DNA of 63,101 nucleotides, counting the filler, from Choristocarpus tenellus KU-1152 (Eukaryota > Protista > Phaeophyceae): the NCBI GenBank assembly GCA_964200185.2. It is 14 parts of 14 records of this genome, joined end to end, with 100 filler letters (N's around TTAATTAATTAA, not from the genome) between each part and the next. Parts side by side here need not be neighbours in the genome. Positions count along the whole stretch, not along the records: positions 58,742 to 63,101 come from CAXNAD020014925.1; 13 more parts are not named here. One strand, given 5' to 3'. This document shows positions 60,750 to 63,101 of this stretch, in pieces. The notes beneath the pieces were generated by a model. The model did not search any database. It saw only the letters and a list, made by a program, of their open reading frames with translations, and was not told the origin of the DNA. The position numbers were made by a program, and so were the translations under genes. The stretch's first letter is position 1; each line of letters opens with the position of its first letter.

Positions 60750-63056
60750 GTGCATACAATATTCGCCATGCCATCTGTCCAATGTACTAGTCAAGTGTGG
60801 ATATTTGCTCTGCTATGGCATTCATGCAAGGTCTGCTCGAGAATGCCCGTCCAGGTTCTCCTTGACACAAGTGCAGGAGGCGGAAATTACATCTCATCTG
60901 CGTTTTGGCGCAGCACTGCTCTCTGGGGGGGTGCCAACAGCTTCCCACACCTCAGCAAAGGAGGCAACGGTACGTTACAAGCAGCAAACCCTAGAGGGTG
61001 CAATATTCCACCAAAGCAGGTATTGGGGTCATGCATACTACCAATATTGTTTCCCTCAGGGGATAAAGTGTTAAACGTGACATTTAGGGTAGTGGAAGGA
61101 CTGCCTTACGGAATGGTTCTAGGAGAAGCATTTTGTCGACAACACAAGAACATACTGTCATTTTGAGAAGGTAAGAGTGCTTTCGACCATCCCCACAATC
61201 ACCATGGATGCCTTTTGTTCGAACTGTAACACCCAGATCTCGTAAGAACAGTGTACCCTTGTCAGCCCTTGGCGAGTGGCAAGTAACTACTACATCCATG
61301 ACTCGACCATCTAAAGGCCATAGAAAAACGCCTCCTAACACTTCCGAACCAACCCGATCCGGAGAAAAACCCCTGACGGACTTCTTAGATATCAAAGATA
61401 CATTGGTACACTAGCTGGTGAACATACACAACCAGTGGAGGAAGATGCGAGCTTCTTTGATATGGATTCTGAAGCGCATATCCTGGCCCTGGACCTCACC
61501 CAAGACAAAGACCCTCTTACCCTATCACTAGAGAACCCAGGTCTGGTACCTCTCTCAGCAGAAGTGATGAGGAAGGATGATGGGACTTTACAGTGGGAAT
61601 TGCGACTGTCAGAAATAGCACATATCGAAGGGTTTGTAAGTAAAATCTACAAAGGATTTTTCAAGGGGGCACAACCGCAATCAAGGCAGTCGGTGGTGAT
61701 TAAACCTTTATCAGAGTACAACTTGGAGTTGGGAAATGCTCTTGGAGTTGCCAGAAGCATACAATGGTGGGAGCCAGACACCCCTATCTACTGCAAACTG
61801 GTAAACACGTGCAACAAACCAAGCAGCGTGCAAGCAGAGTACTTGTTGCAAAAGCAATTGGGCTGAACACTCATGACACGAAGAGGATGGTTGCACTCTT
61901 TCATACACTAATCAAACCCATACAATAACCCCAAAGAGAATAAGTCCTGTCTGCCTCAGCTATTCCCCAGCTAAGTCATTCTCCAAGGTCAAACAGGATG
62001 AGTGACTGTTCAGTAGAGGAAATCGAAGGTCAGACAGGATTAGTTACTGTTCAGTGGAGGAAAGGGGCGATACTCCTTCTGATGGAGCCAGAGAGTTACT
62101 GCATCACTCGGTGAGCCTTAGTGATGCCAATATAGGACAGTTGACACCAGGACAAAGGGAACAGTTAATGGAACTGCTAGAAGGATTTAGAAATCTAGGG
62201 GTATTCCCAGAGGAACTTAAAAGAGTTCCCCAATGCTCTAGAGGAGTATTGCATATACCACTTGTAGACGAGAACTGTATACCCTATGCAGTGAAGCAGG
62301 GGCGCTTCTCTCCTGAAGAAACTCAAATGATTCAGGGAGAAGTCAAGCAATTAAAGGAACTTGGCAAAAATAGACCTCCACCTCAGCATGGGCAGCGGCA
62401 GTTGTAGTATTATGAAAAAAAGATGGAACCCTGAGGTTGTGTACAGACTACAGGATGCTTAGTTATCACTCACTCAGCGATAGCAGGGGTGTGGGGAACA
62501 TTGTTAGCATCTTTGACAAACTCAAAGGTTCTAGCTATTTCACTGCCATAGATCTAGCGTCAGGATTTTTTCAGCTGGAAATCTCAGAGGATGACAAACA
62601 CAAGACTGCCTTCCGTGATGCTCATGGACAATAATGGGAGTATAACAGGTTGGGGAGTGCATTAAATGTTTCCCCGCAATATTCTCCAGCTATGTGAGAG
62701 AGGATTAGGAGAGCTCAAAGGAAACGGGGTAGAGAGCTGGCTGGATCACCTCTTTTGTTACACTTCATCATTTGATGAACACATAAACAACCTCCATCCA
62801 CTACTCTGACCAAACTCAAGCTATATGGGTTATCTGTGAATCTTCCAAAATCCCTGTAGTGTATGTCCTCACAGGAATTTGTAAGGATGAAGGTTGCTGG
62901 GCCCCGCTCCATTGAAGATTATCGCAGTAGTGAAACTCGACCCCCTGTCAACAGTCGAGCAGCTGAGAAGTTTTTTGGGCATGACAGGATACATGCGACA
63001 GTTTTTCCCAAACTATGATCAGCTAGTGCATCACTGACTGGCATTCCCAGAATAAA
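60750..63056 (+). mobile_element. Degenerate Ty3/gypsy pol (protease, insert, RT)
   Basis: VLLDTSAG and GMVLGEAF (protease); KKDGTLRLCTDYRML, YFTAIDLASGFFQL...KTAF and RSFLGMTGYMRQF (RT); many stops and frameshifts. Confidence 0.88.
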
Positions 63057-63101
63057 GGGTCAAAGAATCTGGGGAGGGGGTGTCGGCGTCCGTTTCTCAC
63101 C
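63057..63101. mobile_element. TIR terminus (family C) inserted into gypsy pol
   Basis: GGGTCAAAGAATCTGGGGAGGGGGTGTCGGCGTCCGTTT, similar to 26833-26858. Confidence 0.75.

Noticed and set aside
1-63101. rRNA, tRNA or other structured ncRNA genes
   Set aside because: None recognisable by eye; tRNAscan-SE and Infernal would be needed to exclude them

Overview
Eukaryotic nuclear DNA, most likely a brown alga or related stramenopile (inferred from many short exons, long TE-filled introns, TTAGGG-like repeats and gene content). It is not one locus: 14 small contigs are joined by 13 artificial N-TTAATTAATTAA-N linkers, so neighbourhood across linkers means nothing. Partial spliced host genes that I could reconstruct: a metallo-beta-lactamase-fold hydrolase; NOB1 head-to-head with a coiled-coil/F-box gene; a PLP-dependent aluminium-resistance (Met gamma-lyase family) enzyme; an HMG-box protein; a WW-domain protein; a mitochondrial citrate-type carrier head-to-head with COQ6; and two unidentified multi-exon genes. 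Much of the rest is transposon-derived: a full-length DD40D mariner with TIRs and TA TSD, two mariner fragments, and decayed copia, gypsy, DIRS-like and LINE elements. A dense set of related TIR elements shares a CAAAGTATCT terminal core: a ~260-bp family with 4-bp TSDs, a ~173-bp family with apparent 3-bp TSDs, and ends next to intron-containing Sola-like transposase relics. The most unusual items are an intron-containing, pseudogenised ParB/Srx-like + HTH gene that looks like transposon cargo; the Sola-like TIR network, whose termini contain potential splice sites; frequent GC donors and AAG acceptors; and a CpG-depletion / C-to-T signature. All calls are by eye, with no searches run.
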